46,357 nt of DNA from an uncultured Verrucomicrobiota bacterium (GCA_964500825.1 CAZCQN010000005.1:1-46357); one strand, 5' to 3'. Shown: positions 37,201 to 45,709, counted from the stretch's first letter. The notes: generated from the letters alone by a model not told the origin. Made by a program: numbers and translations.

Positions 37201-37521
37201 GTCGGCCGGCGCATCGGCCAGGAGGGCGTCGATGACGAGCGCCGCGACGCGCCACGACACGAGACGTGCGCCGCCATGTTGCGCAGACAGATCGCATACG
37301 AAGCGGTCGAATGTCTCGACGCGCGGCTGGCAAATCGCCGCGCCGCCGGAGCACGAGTCGAGGATCGCAGTCTCAACCTCCAGCCGGCACCGCACCGTCG
37401 GGACGATGTAGCGCAGCCTGGCCGCGCGCCTCACGTCCGTGCACCACTCGACGACACGCGCGAAGAATCGTGCCCCGCGCAATGGGGCGGGTGGTCCTAT
37501 CAGCACAGTCGGCTTCGGCAT
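34282..37521 (-). CDS. addB: helicase/nuclease subunit B (inactive helicase scaffold plus Fe-S PD-(D/E)XK nuclease)
   Basis: DGF.EF, EVE, FSATELETYARCPFRF, GIIDRVD, LDYKTG, LQLPLY and CRFCDYKHIC motifs. 4-bp overlap with addA. Confidence 0.88.
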   Translation of the reverse strand: MPKPTVLIGPPAPLRGARFFARVVEWCTDVRRAARLRYIVPTVRCRLEVETAILDSCSGGAAICQPRVETFDRFVCDLSAQHGGARLVSWRVAALVIDALLADAPADFPTLLSGRTTPFPGLVQAVVRSIRELKRFGVGAADVSTAAKGDGRATELAELLNRYNRFLSERRWADTRDAYAAVGKLFAEDGGFVSRCLPNTEWIVFDGFVEFSPSEVPIVEAVAEQIETTFVLDNDAELADLFPPLPPFLTAAEVKERVGPFVLLARLAWRGTDSAAPVAASPVTFVEGRTREDEVEQIASHVKALLRDGVARADVALAVPDLDQYGTLVDETFAAHGVPCTVARPAPLLESPVTAAVLLLLGVPARDFERRQLVRLFRSPFVRFERNGHAVDATALESLARTMRVFRGKDAWLDALSRRIAYLDELAADGNLLAETEEDETSAPSPHEELRALRPLQELLEPALALLEALRAPRSAAQYVAALQDLLDVFGVRRRVTELAASVPDAAGHMRSLEHLDEALAEMALLDDARAQPRAVLLDAFIESLRSALGATRVQVHAPARGIEIMDFRTAVERGTKHLFVAGLVEGAVPVPRPRDAILPPFVRVRLGLPDKDRVAADGWIELYRLLACTSESLTLCRPQTEGETPLLRPAMLERIDTALKLDPEPRPRLPTSWRQLLYCIGKNKPTMPRLEDLLDNDAFAAHAPLAGFMHCRAVEAARRTATTTPTPYAGQLSPRLLDEVRRIYDRDHQFSATELETYARCPFRFCATWLLELAPVEEPDEEIPPHKKGTVLHEIFRAFYDAWSPDRTPRRITEDNYREALALLTALAHRSLDKQPYAGFIWDKLRERLLGRQAVGEPPGLLERFIQEEMRTTDLATACTPKYLELGFGRQRAGRTLDPASRDKPVVIDAAQRQILLRGIIDRVDTNDATGTFCVLDYKTGSSIPALKDMRGGPELQLPLYVMAAHAILGEAFHFAAAGYFQTHDARDCRRKNWLGNTAYARDTVPYKLPKDGTFEPAEINDWLAEEKNLIGRAVTAIEAGRFHVTTLDEKKAGCRFCDYKHICRFAGITVSTFRGDS

Positions 37522-37559
37522 GCTCCGGTGCGTCCTTCTTGCTCGCAGCGTCTCGCCTC

Positions 37560-37568
37560 ATTCTAGCA
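37560..37568 (-). promoter_or_regulatory. possible extended -10 promoter for addBA
   Basis: Minus strand reads TGcTAGAAT about 40 bp upstream of the addB ATG. Confidence 0.35.
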
Positions 37569-37658
37569 GAGCAAGACGGCTTGAGCACCCACCTCGCAGC
37601 TTCTCCAACCTTTCTGGGGCCGGATTGGCCGCCGCGCGTCGACGGCGCAAGGCACCTG

Positions 37659-37687
37659 TTGCCAACGCGGTCCAATTGTCGTATGAT
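37659..37687 (+). promoter_or_regulatory. putative sigma70 promoter for the M1 aminopeptidase
   Basis: TTGCCA (37659-37664), 17 bp, TATGAT (37682-37687). Confidence 0.55.
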
Positions 37688-37724
37688 CTGTACCTTCCAG
37701 GCACGAGACGGAAAGGAACGCCGC

Positions 37725-40292
37725 ATGAACGACGAGAAAGAGACGAAATCGTTTACGGACGCCATGAGCAAGGAGCACTTCACCCGTCCGCGCTCGTACG
37801 ACGTCAAGCACGTCGCCCTCGACCTGCGGTTCGACTTCGACAAAAAAACCGTGAAGGGCGCCGTGACAACGACGCTCACCCCGATCGGGCGCGCACTGCG
37901 CGAGGTCGAGCTCGACTGTGCCGACACGAGAGTCGTGAAGGTATTTGACGAGAACAAGCGCGAACTGAAGTGGGAGCTCGTCGACGAAACGCTTGCGGTG
38001 AACCTCGGCCGCTCCGTGAAGCCCGGCCAGGAGGTCGCATTCACGATCCGCTACGACGCGCGGCCGACGCGCGGCCTCTACTTCGTCGGCCCGACGAAGG
38101 AGTATCCGAAGACCCCGCGCCAGATCTGGACGCAAGGCGCGATGGAGGACAACCACCACTGGTTCCCCTGCTACGATTCGCCGAACGAGAAAATGACGCA
38201 GGACGTGGTGATGACGGTGCCCGACAAATACCTGGCGATGAGCAACGGCGGGCTCGTCGACGTCAAGCACGACACGAAACGCCGGACGAAGCGCTATCAC
38301 TGGCGCCAGGAGCAGCCGCACGTCACCTACTTGCTCACGATCGTTGTCGGCGAGTTCGACGTCGTCGAAGACCGGCACAAGGACATCCCCGTCATCTACT
38401 ACATCCCGAAAGGCCGGCGCGACGAAGCGATGAGCTGGCTCGCCGACACGCCGAAGATGATCGCGTTTTTCGAGAAGGCGACGGGGTACGACTACCCGTA
38501 CGCGAAGTACGGGCAGGTTGTTATCAGCGACTTCATGTGGGGCGGGATGGAGAACACGACGATCACGACGCTGACCGACATGGCGCTCGTCGACAAACGC
38601 GCGCGTCTCGACGTGGAAGGCGAAGGGCTCGTCGCGCACGAGCTGGCGCACATGTGGTACGGCGATCTCATCACGACGAAGAGCTGGGAGCATACGTGGA
38701 TCAACGAGGGCTTCGCGAGCTACTTCCACCCGCTTTACTTCGAACACTGGCGCGGCACCGACGAGTTCCAGTACCAGATGCTCGGCGCACTCAAGGGCTA
38801 CCTGCACGAGGCGTCCGATCGCTACCGCCGGCCGATCGTGACGCGCACGTTCACCGACGCGTACGACATGTTCGACGGCCACTCGTACGCCAAAGGCGCC
38901 CTCGTGCTCCACGCGTTGCGCTACGAGCTGGGCGAGGAGCTCTTCTGGCGCGGCATTGCCCACTACACGCAGAAGCACGCGTTCCGTTCGATCGAGACCG
39001 AGGAGTTCAAGCTCGCGCTCGAGGAGGGCACAGGCGCGTCACTCGACCGGTTCTTCGACCAGTGGCTCAAGCGCGCGGGGCATCCGGAGTTCGAGGTGAC
39101 CTGGTCGTACGACAAGGCGCTCAAGCTCGTGACCGTCCGCGTGAAGCAAACGCAGAAGACGAACGGCGAGACACCGGTGTTTCGCACGCCCATCGATATC
39201 CATATCACGACGGCGCGCGAGACGAAGGCGTATCGCGTTGATATTGAAAAAAACGACGAGGAATTCCACTTCCCTGCGCCGACACGGCCCAAGATGGTCG
39301 AGTTCGACCGCAGCAACTGGATTCCGAAGACTCTGAAGTTCGAGAAGAAGAAGGACGAGCTGCTCTATCAGCTCGAGAAGTCCGCAACGATCATCGGCCG
39401 CATTCGCGCGTGCGAAGGACTCGGCAAGATCATGGGCGACGACAAGGTCGTCGACGCGCTCGGCAAGAAGCTCAAGAGCAAGGACTACTACGGCGGTCGG
39501 ATCGCAGCGGCGGACGCGCTCGGTTCGATTGCGAGCGATCGCGCACGCGACGCGCTTCTCTTGGGGCTCAGCGACAAGAAGTCGAAGGTTCGGCGTGCCG
39601 TTGTGGCTGCTCTGGGCAACATCAAGCAGGAGGCGGTCGCCAAGCGCCTCGAGTCGGTCTTCCGTGGGGACAAGAGCTACTTCGTCGCCGGCGCGGCCGT
39701 GGGGTCGATCACCAAGATCCGCGAGGACAAGGCGTACGACTTCCTCATGCGCGCGCTCAAGGCGGAGAGCTGGCACGATCTTGTGCGCAGCGCCGTGTTT
39801 GATGCCTTCGTCGAGCTCAAGGACACGCGCGGCATCGGTCAGGTGCGCGCGTGGACGGCTGCCGCCAAGCCGCTGCCGGTCCGTACCGCCGCGATCCGTG
39901 CGCTGGGCAAGCTGGGGCGCGAGCTCGAGAAGGCGGGCGACCGCGACCGTGTGCGGCGTGAGCTCGTCGAGCTCCTGCGGCACGACCATTTCCGCGTGCG
40001 TCGTGCTGCGGTCGACGGCCTCATTGGTCTCGCCGACGAGGCGGCGATCGGGGAGCTCCAGAAGCGTGCGGAGTCCGATAGGGAAACCCACGTGCGTAGC
40101 GCGGCCCGCCGCGCGATCACCAGGATTCGCGAGGAGACGGGGAAGCAGGCGCGCGTTGGCAAGCTCGAGAAAAAGCTCGGCGAGCTCCGCGACGAGAACA
40201 AGGAGCTGAAGCGCCGCCTCGATACGCTCGAGCGAAAGGTCAGCGAGGTGTCACGAAGCGGCAGGAAGAAGGCCCGCCGGCGCGCTCGTTAG
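37725..40292 (+). CDS. M1 family zinc aminopeptidase with C-terminal HEAT repeats and coiled coil
   Basis: WFPCYD.P..K, GGMEN, HELAHMWYG...WINEGFA (HEXXH-X18-E) and Y.KGA motifs; HEAT-like repeats (R.AAA.ALG). Start ATG 37725 after AAAGGA; the ORF track starts at 37266. Confidence 0.92.
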   Translation: MNDEKETKSFTDAMSKEHFTRPRSYDVKHVALDLRFDFDKKTVKGAVTTTLTPIGRALREVELDCADTRVVKVFDENKRELKWELVDETLAVNLGRSVKPGQEVAFTIRYDARPTRGLYFVGPTKEYPKTPRQIWTQGAMEDNHHWFPCYDSPNEKMTQDVVMTVPDKYLAMSNGGLVDVKHDTKRRTKRYHWRQEQPHVTYLLTIVVGEFDVVEDRHKDIPVIYYIPKGRRDEAMSWLADTPKMIAFFEKATGYDYPYAKYGQVVISDFMWGGMENTTITTLTDMALVDKRARLDVEGEGLVAHELAHMWYGDLITTKSWEHTWINEGFASYFHPLYFEHWRGTDEFQYQMLGALKGYLHEASDRYRRPIVTRTFTDAYDMFDGHSYAKGALVLHALRYELGEELFWRGIAHYTQKHAFRSIETEEFKLALEEGTGASLDRFFDQWLKRAGHPEFEVTWSYDKALKLVTVRVKQTQKTNGETPVFRTPIDIHITTARETKAYRVDIEKNDEEFHFPAPTRPKMVEFDRSNWIPKTLKFEKKKDELLYQLEKSATIIGRIRACEGLGKIMGDDKVVDALGKKLKSKDYYGGRIAAADALGSIASDRARDALLLGLSDKKSKVRRAVVAALGNIKQEAVAKRLESVFRGDKSYFVAGAAVGSITKIREDKAYDFLMRALKAESWHDLVRSAVFDAFVELKDTRGIGQVRAWTAAAKPLPVRTAAIRALGKLGRELEKAGDRDRVRRELVELLRHDHFRVRRAAVDGLIGLADEAAIGELQKRAESDRETHVRSAARRAITRIREETGKQARVGKLEKKLGELRDENKELKRRLDTLERKVSEVSRSGRKKARRRAR

Positions 40293-40413
40293 CAGCGCGC
40301 CAAGAAACGACTGCTGACGGCCCGACTTACTGCTCAGGGCCTGAGGTCAGGCGCGCCGAAGGTCCGCCTGGGAAGGTGCCAAGAAAGGCGGTTGAGCGGA
40401 CTTGTGCAGGTGA

Positions 40414-40532
40414 AGGGCCGAAGGCCCGGCAGAGCATAGCCTGGGGCGCCTGCCCGCCGAAGCCTTGGCGAAGGCGGGTAAGCCCCAGGTTCTCGACGAG
40501 AAAGGAAACCCCTGAGCCCCGAAGGGGCGACA
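40414..40532. repeat. REP-like palindrome cluster containing a nested 30-bp palindrome
   Basis: GGGCC GAA GGCCC (40415-40427); CCTGGGGC...GCCCCAGG (40440-40489) enclosing CCCGCC-GAAGCCTTGGCGAA-GGCGGG; GCCCC GAA GGGGC (40516-40528). Lies between convergent genes. Confidence 0.7.
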
Positions 40533-40601
40533 CAGCCCTCTCACAGAGAACGATGGCCCCTTGGCGGCCCATGGGTGTTCCAGCAACCGCCGAGCGTTGT
40601 C

Positions 40602-41654
40602 TCACGATCCGGCTTGCGGCTCGACAATGACCTTGAGCGCACGGCGCTGCTCGACCTTCTCGATGCCGGCCAGCAGGTCGTCGAGAGGGATTACGTCGGT
40701 GACGAGATCGCGCACGTTGACCTTGCCCGCGGCAATGAGTTCGAGGGCGGCGCGATTATCGGCCGGCGCCGAGCCGTGCGTGCCCGTGACGAAGAACTCG
40801 CGGTAGTGAATGAGGTTGCTGTCGATCGTGATCGTCGGCTTGTCCTTGGGCAGGCCGCCGAAGAAGTTCACACTGCCCCGCTTCGCGACGAGCTCCAGCG
40901 CCTCGACCTGTGCCTGCGGCGCAGCGCATGCGACGATGACGCGGTCGATGCCCCGCCCGCCTGAGACCCTATCGACGGCCCCTTTGAGGGGTTCGGTCGT
41001 CGAGTCGACGTAGACGTCCGCCCCGGCGACGGCCCGGGCCATGTCGAGGCGCTCGGCCGCGACGTCGGCGAGCATGACGGCCGACGCGCCGCGCGCCCGG
41101 GCGAGCTGCGAATGAAGGCAGCCGAGCGGGCCGCTTCCGATGATAAGCACCGTGTCGCCCTCGCCGACGCGCGAGAGGTTCTGGCCGTTGATCGCGCACG
41201 CGAGCGGCTCGGCCAGCGCCGCCTCGTGATCGCTCACGTTGTCCGGCACCGTGTTGACGCAGCCCGTGCGCACCGCGACGGGCGGCACGGCCATCAGCTC
41301 GGCAAACGCGCCGTCGAACTGGTAGCCGATCGGCGCCAGGTTGTCGCACATGCCGGGGTAGCCGCGCCGACACATGTCGCACTCGCCGCATGGCACCGCC
41401 GGCGCCACCGCGACACGCTGGCCGACGGCGAACCCGTCGACGCGCGGGCCCACCTCGATGATCTCGCCGCTCAGCTCGTGGCCTGTGATACGCGGCGGGC
41501 GGATGTGCCGGTGGCCGTGGCGGTAGATCTTTACGTCGGTGCCGCAGATCGCGCACGCATGCACCTTAATGAGGAGTCCCTCGTCGGGGCAGGTAGGCTC
41601 GGGCACATCGCGAACCTCGATTCGGCCCGGCGCTTCGTATACGGCAGCTTTCAC
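40602..41654 (-). CDS. zinc-dependent medium-chain dehydrogenase (sorbitol/iditol or polyol-phosphate dehydrogenase-like)
   Basis: CGTD, GHE, structural Zn site CGECDMCRRGYPGMC, EPLAC and GSGPLG motifs. GTG start at 41654 overlaps the upstream stop. Confidence 0.9.
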   Translation of the reverse strand: MKAAVYEAPGRIEVRDVPEPTCPDEGLLIKVHACAICGTDVKIYRHGHRHIRPPRITGHELSGEIIEVGPRVDGFAVGQRVAVAPAVPCGECDMCRRGYPGMCDNLAPIGYQFDGAFAELMAVPPVAVRTGCVNTVPDNVSDHEAALAEPLACAINGQNLSRVGEGDTVLIIGSGPLGCLHSQLARARGASAVMLADVAAERLDMARAVAGADVYVDSTTEPLKGAVDRVSGGRGIDRVIVACAAPQAQVEALELVAKRGSVNFFGGLPKDKPTITIDSNLIHYREFFVTGTHGSAPADNRAALELIAAGKVNVRDLVTDVIPLDDLLAGIEKVEQRRALKVIVEPQAGS

Positions 41655-42820
41655 GGTGCGGTTCCTTTCGTCGCATCTCGATAGCGTGTTGCGATTTCGC
41701 CGGCGAGCCATTCGTTCTGGTCGAGGCCGCAGACCTCACCGACCACCGCTCCGATGCCACGCTGCGCGATCATGGTCTGGAGCTTGGCAGCCTCTTGGTC
41801 AGTCGGCTCGTCGTAGCGCAGCGCCGCCACGATGCCGTCGATGATTCGTGTGGGTGCAATGTCGTACTCGAGCGCGAGCAGAGCGCTGCCGATGAGGCGT
41901 CCGTCGCGGCCAAGTTTGCGGATCGGTTGCCGGGCCACGCGCGCGACCGTGTCGCCTAGGCCGCGGTTTCGGTAGCGGCCGAAAAGATCATCGACGTGCT
42001 TCTGTTGCTCGGCGGGATCGAAACCGTGTCGCATAATCAGCGCTTGGCTCGTCTCGTCCAGCGCACCGTCGACCGTCGTGCGCACGTCCGCGTCCTCGGT
42101 CGCCTGCCAGATGTACGTGTGCCTGCGCAGGTGACCCAGGTAGGCGACCATCGCATGCCCGGCGTTGTGCGTGTACGCCTTCTGATCTTCGAGCGCGTCG
42201 ATGTTGTTGACGTATCGGAACCCCGGGACGACCGGCCGCTCGCCGACGAAACCCGGCGCGTCGACGGGCAGAATGCAGTACGGCTCGACGGCGATCGCCA
42301 GCGGGTCGGCGCGCCGCTGCTGGGCGGTGGGCGTCGGCACCATCCTGGAGACAACGGACGTGGCGAAGCCGACCTTACGCCGCAGCCGTGGCGCAAGCTC
42401 GTCTTCGAGATGGTCCTCAACGAGAGAAGCGAGGTGTGGGCCCGAGTGCAGCACGTTCTCGCACACGACGACGTTGAGCGCCGGGGTCGACTGCTCGAAG
42501 CGCAGTGCCAGGCCTGCGGCAATGAGCGCGGCAACCGCCGGCAGCGCCCGCGCGCCCACAGCCGTCGCCGCCACGTCCGCCGACGCAAGAGATGCGGCGA
42601 CGGCCTCAGCGTCGTCTGCACGGATCGCGCGCTCGACCGGCACGTGAAACGTCGTCTCACCGTTGCCGACGATGCGGATGTCGTAGCCGCCGCGCTTGTT
42701 GAGCGCGATGACGATCGTCTCGTCGAGCTCGACAAACGTGATCGCCGCGCCGGCCTCCGCGAAAAGCTGGCCGAGGAAGCCGCGCCCGATGTTGCCGGCC
42801 CCGATGATAGTCGCGTTCAT
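41651..42820 (-). CDS. mtlD: mannitol-1-phosphate 5-dehydrogenase family protein
   Basis: GAGNIGRGF, CEN, SRMVP, K.YTHNAGH and D.V.RVAR.PIRKL...GRL motifs. Family is clear; substrate is not established. Confidence 0.82.
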   Translation of the reverse strand: MNATIIGAGNIGRGFLGQLFAEAGAAITFVELDETIVIALNKRGGYDIRIVGNGETTFHVPVERAIRADDAEAVAASLASADVAATAVGARALPAVAALIAAGLALRFEQSTPALNVVVCENVLHSGPHLASLVEDHLEDELAPRLRRKVGFATSVVSRMVPTPTAQQRRADPLAIAVEPYCILPVDAPGFVGERPVVPGFRYVNNIDALEDQKAYTHNAGHAMVAYLGHLRRHTYIWQATEDADVRTTVDGALDETSQALIMRHGFDPAEQQKHVDDLFGRYRNRGLGDTVARVARQPIRKLGRDGRLIGSALLALEYDIAPTRIIDGIVAALRYDEPTDQEAAKLQTMIAQRGIGAVVGEVCGLDQNEWLAGEIATRYRDATKGTAP

Positions 42821-42891
42821 TCGGTCCTTAGTCCCTCCGTCGTGTCACCATCTTACCCGAAGAGCACGGCGCGATGGAAGGCGTTCGCGCA

Positions 42892-42920
42892 TTGACTTGA
42901 TCAGGGCGCGTGGGTAGTAT
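42892..42920 (+). promoter_or_regulatory. putative sigma70 promoter for pfkB (back-to-back with an mtlD -10 element)
   Basis: TTGACT (42892-42897), 17 bp, TAGTAT (42915-42920). A TAAGAT on the opposite strand at 42850-42855 lies upstream of mtlD. Confidence 0.55.
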
Positions 42921-42951
42921 GTGCGCCCAATTCAAGCGAGGTATGACGAGA

Positions 42952-44142
42952 ATGAGCGAGGAGCGCATCGAGGCACTCGTCACAGGGCTTGTGACATTGG
43001 ACATCACCCCGTCGCTCGACGACGTGAGCGGCGACCTGAAACACCTGCTACGTCCGGGCACGCTCGTGCGGACCGGTCCGGCCACGATCTGCACGGGCGG
43101 CGCCGTCACCAACGTCGGCCGGGCGCTCAGCAGGCTCGGCCTTGCGACGGGGCTTGCCGGCAAGATCGGCGACGACGAGTTCGGCCACGTCGTCATGTCC
43201 CTGCTCGCGCGGCACGGTCTCGAGGGCGGCATGATCGTCGAGGACAGCGAGGACACCTCGTACGTGCTCGTCATCTCGCCGCCCGGCGTCGACAGGATGT
43301 TCCTTTACTATCCAGGCGCGAACGACAGCTTCGGCGCCAGCGACGGCCTCGCGGCGCTGGAAGCGCTCGAGGCGGCGCCCAAGCTCGTCCACGTTGGCTA
43401 CCCGACGCTCATGCGGCGCATGTACCTCGACGGCGGCAAGGAGCTCGTCAAGCTCTTGAGCGGGCTGCGTCAGGCCGGCGTGGTCGTCACGCTCGACGTG
43501 TCGTTCCCCGATCCGGCGAGCGAATCGGGCAAGCAGGACTGGCGCGAGATCTTGGCGGGCGCGCTGCCGTACGTGGACCTGTTCATGCCGAACATCGAGG
43601 AGTCGATGTTCCTGCTCGAGCGCGAGCGGTTCACAGAGCTGGGCGTCACGACGGCCGAGGAAGTCTTTGCGCGCATCGGGCCCGACGGCGTGAGCCAGGT
43701 CGCGCGGACGATCCTCGACCTCGGCGCGGCGATCGCTGCCGTCAAGTGCGGCAGTCGCGGCCTGTGCGTCCGGACGGGCACGGCCGAGGCGCTCGCGCCG
43801 GTGGCGCAGCGCCTCGGCCTCGACCTGGCGACGTGGAAGGACCGCACGCTGTGGGCCGAGGCCGTCGCCGTCGACGAGATCGCGACCGCCACGGGCGCCG
43901 GCGACTGCGCCGTCGCCGGGTTCCTCGCGGCGATGTGTCGGGGCGAGGGGATCGAGAACGCCGCGCGAATCGCGAGCACGGTCGGGGCGCAGAACCTGCG
44001 CGCCGTCGACACGGTGAGCGGTGTCCGCACGTATGAGGAGACGCTCGAGGAGCTCGCGAGCTGTTCCTACCGCGCGCTCGATCCGCTCCCATCGGGTTGG
44101 CGCCACCTGCCGACGCCGGGTCTGTGGGAGTTTGTCGGCTAG
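42952..44142 (+). CDS. PfkB/ribokinase family carbohydrate kinase
   Basis: GG...N...L.RLG, GKIGDDEFG, PN.EE, VK.G..G and ATGAGDC motifs. Start set at ATG 42952; the ORF track starts at 42910. Confidence 0.9.
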   Translation: MSEERIEALVTGLVTLDITPSLDDVSGDLKHLLRPGTLVRTGPATICTGGAVTNVGRALSRLGLATGLAGKIGDDEFGHVVMSLLARHGLEGGMIVEDSEDTSYVLVISPPGVDRMFLYYPGANDSFGASDGLAALEALEAAPKLVHVGYPTLMRRMYLDGGKELVKLLSGLRQAGVVVTLDVSFPDPASESGKQDWREILAGALPYVDLFMPNIEESMFLLERERFTELGVTTAEEVFARIGPDGVSQVARTILDLGAAIAAVKCGSRGLCVRTGTAEALAPVAQRLGLDLATWKDRTLWAEAVAVDEIATATGAGDCAVAGFLAAMCRGEGIENAARIASTVGAQNLRAVDTVSGVRTYEETLEELASCSYRALDPLPSGWRHLPTPGLWEFVG

Positions 44143-44199
44143 TCGGGGACGACTAGCCCGGATTCCGCACGGGCTTTGCGTGCGCGATCCGGCCCAATG

Positions 44200-44245
44200 A
44201 GCCGCGTCGCGGCGATTGGCAGTAGCCTGGGGCGCCAGCCCGTGG
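44200..44245. repeat. second REP-like element related to 40414-40532
   Basis: AGCCGC GTC GCGGC hairpin, then TAGCCTGGGGCGCC (44223-44236), identical to 40437-40450, then AGCCCGTGG. Lies between convergent genes. Confidence 0.6.
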
Positions 44246-44419
44246 AACGCTCTGCAGCCGATTCGGATGCGCGCCCGGCACGCGGGAGCCCGCGATCTGT
44301 GTGCGACAGCCTGTTTGAACGAGGCCGCGCACGGCCGCGTTGGAACTCGTCGAGAGGTCGTTGCCGACGCCATGTCGGGGGGCCATGTTCCCGCTCTCTG
44401 TGAGGAATGCGGACTGTCC

Positions 44420-45451
44420 CTATTGCTTCCATTGCTTCGCCGACTCATACGCTTTCAGAATGAGCCTGAGCACGGCGATCCCCTGCTCGTAGGGCGACAC
44501 GCACGTCGCCCCGTCGACGACGCAGTCGACGAAGTGCTTGACCTCCGCGGCGAACGAGTCGACCGGCTTGAACTCCCAGCGTGCCGGCTCGCCGAAGCGC
44601 GTCGGTTTCAAGAAGAGCGTCGTGTGGTTCCCGTAGAGCTCGCCGCGTTCGCCGACGACGTGGAACGGGTGCGCGCCCACCGGCAGCCGCATCGCCCAGC
44701 TTGTTCGCACCTGGCCCGTCGCCCCGCTCGGGTAGCGGACAAGGACCGTGGCCGTGTCCTCGCCGTGGAACCACCCGTGGCGGTACGTCTCGACTATGGC
44801 TGCAACCCGCTCCGGCTCCTCACCGGCGAGGAAGGTGAGCATGTAGCTCGGGTGATAGCCCGTGTCGATCAGCTCGCCCCCGCCGATCTGCTTCGCGTCG
44901 GCGCGCCACGTCCCGGGGCGGATCGGCATCACGTCCGGCCCGCCGGCGACGACGCCCGGCTTGCGCGAGCTCATCAGGAAACAGTCGTTCGTCATGATCA
45001 TGTAGACGCGGCCGAGCGCACCCTCGTCGAGCAGACGCTTCGCTTCGATCAGGCTCGGCATGTGGAGCTGGTTGTGCGCGCACATGGCGACGAGACCGGG
45101 CGCGGCCTTCATGGCCGACTCGATCTGCTGCGCCTCGTCGAGCGTCAGGCACAGCGGCTTCTCGCAGAGCCAATGCTTGCCCGCCTTGATGCTCGCCAGG
45201 ATTGCCCGCAGGTGCAGGTGGTGGGGCAGCGTGATGTCCACCGCATCGACGGGCGCCTCGCGGATCAGCGCGTCAAAATCGTCGTACACCTGCGCCTCCG
45301 GCACCTGTTGTTTGACGCGCTCGACGGCGCTGGCGTCGACGTCGTTAATGGCCGTGATCTGTGCGCGGCCCTTTTCCTGCTCGGGAATCCATCCGGCCAG
45401 GTGCGCCGTGGTCGCCCAGCCGCATCCGACGAGGCCGACTCGAAGTGTCAT
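44420..45451 (-). CDS. Gfo/Idh/MocA family oxidoreductase
   Basis: VGLVGCG, DAV.I.LPHHLH, GKH.LCEKP, WR...GGG.LID.G.H and ED.A motifs. Confidence 0.92.
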   Translation of the reverse strand: MTLRVGLVGCGWATTAHLAGWIPEQEKGRAQITAINDVDASAVERVKQQVPEAQVYDDFDALIREAPVDAVDITLPHHLHLRAILASIKAGKHWLCEKPLCLTLDEAQQIESAMKAAPGLVAMCAHNQLHMPSLIEAKRLLDEGALGRVYMIMTNDCFLMSSRKPGVVAGGPDVMPIRPGTWRADAKQIGGGELIDTGYHPSYMLTFLAGEEPERVAAIVETYRHGWFHGEDTATVLVRYPSGATGQVRTSWAMRLPVGAHPFHVVGERGELYGNHTTLFLKPTRFGEPARWEFKPVDSFAAEVKHFVDCVVDGATCVSPYEQGIAVLRLILKAYESAKQWKQ

Positions 45452-45709
45452 GGCTCATTCCTTTGGTGTGCTGCGCCCACGTTGCGGCGAGGTGTCCTCG
45501 TGCGCTCGACACCGGCCGAGCGCAAAGCGCGCGCATCATAGGGCGTTCGCCGTCGGCAGGGAAAGGGAAAAACGGGGCGACACGCAGAGACTGCTGGCCG
45601 AGCGTAGCCACGCACGCTATACTGCCGCCACTCGCGTGCGGGAACGCCGTCGGCGGCCGCGCTGGGGGTGCGACGCCGGCGGGACTGACCATTCCGGAAG
45701 GAGGCGGCC

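Noticed and set aside
30656-37521. Helicase-nuclease pair as an anti-phage defence system or Cas4 module
   Set aside because: Size, order (B then A, overlapping) and motifs fit housekeeping AddAB recombination repair, and there is no defence-island context.
37266-37724. N-terminal extensions given by the ORF track (also at 3338, 7450, 18377, 20045, 23513)
   Set aside because: Most overlap neighbouring genes or promoter elements, and downstream starts have better RBS and match the family N-termini.
40327-40630. Small ORFs in the aminopeptidase/dehydrogenase gap
   Set aside because: They are translations of the palindromic repeat cluster with no coding features.
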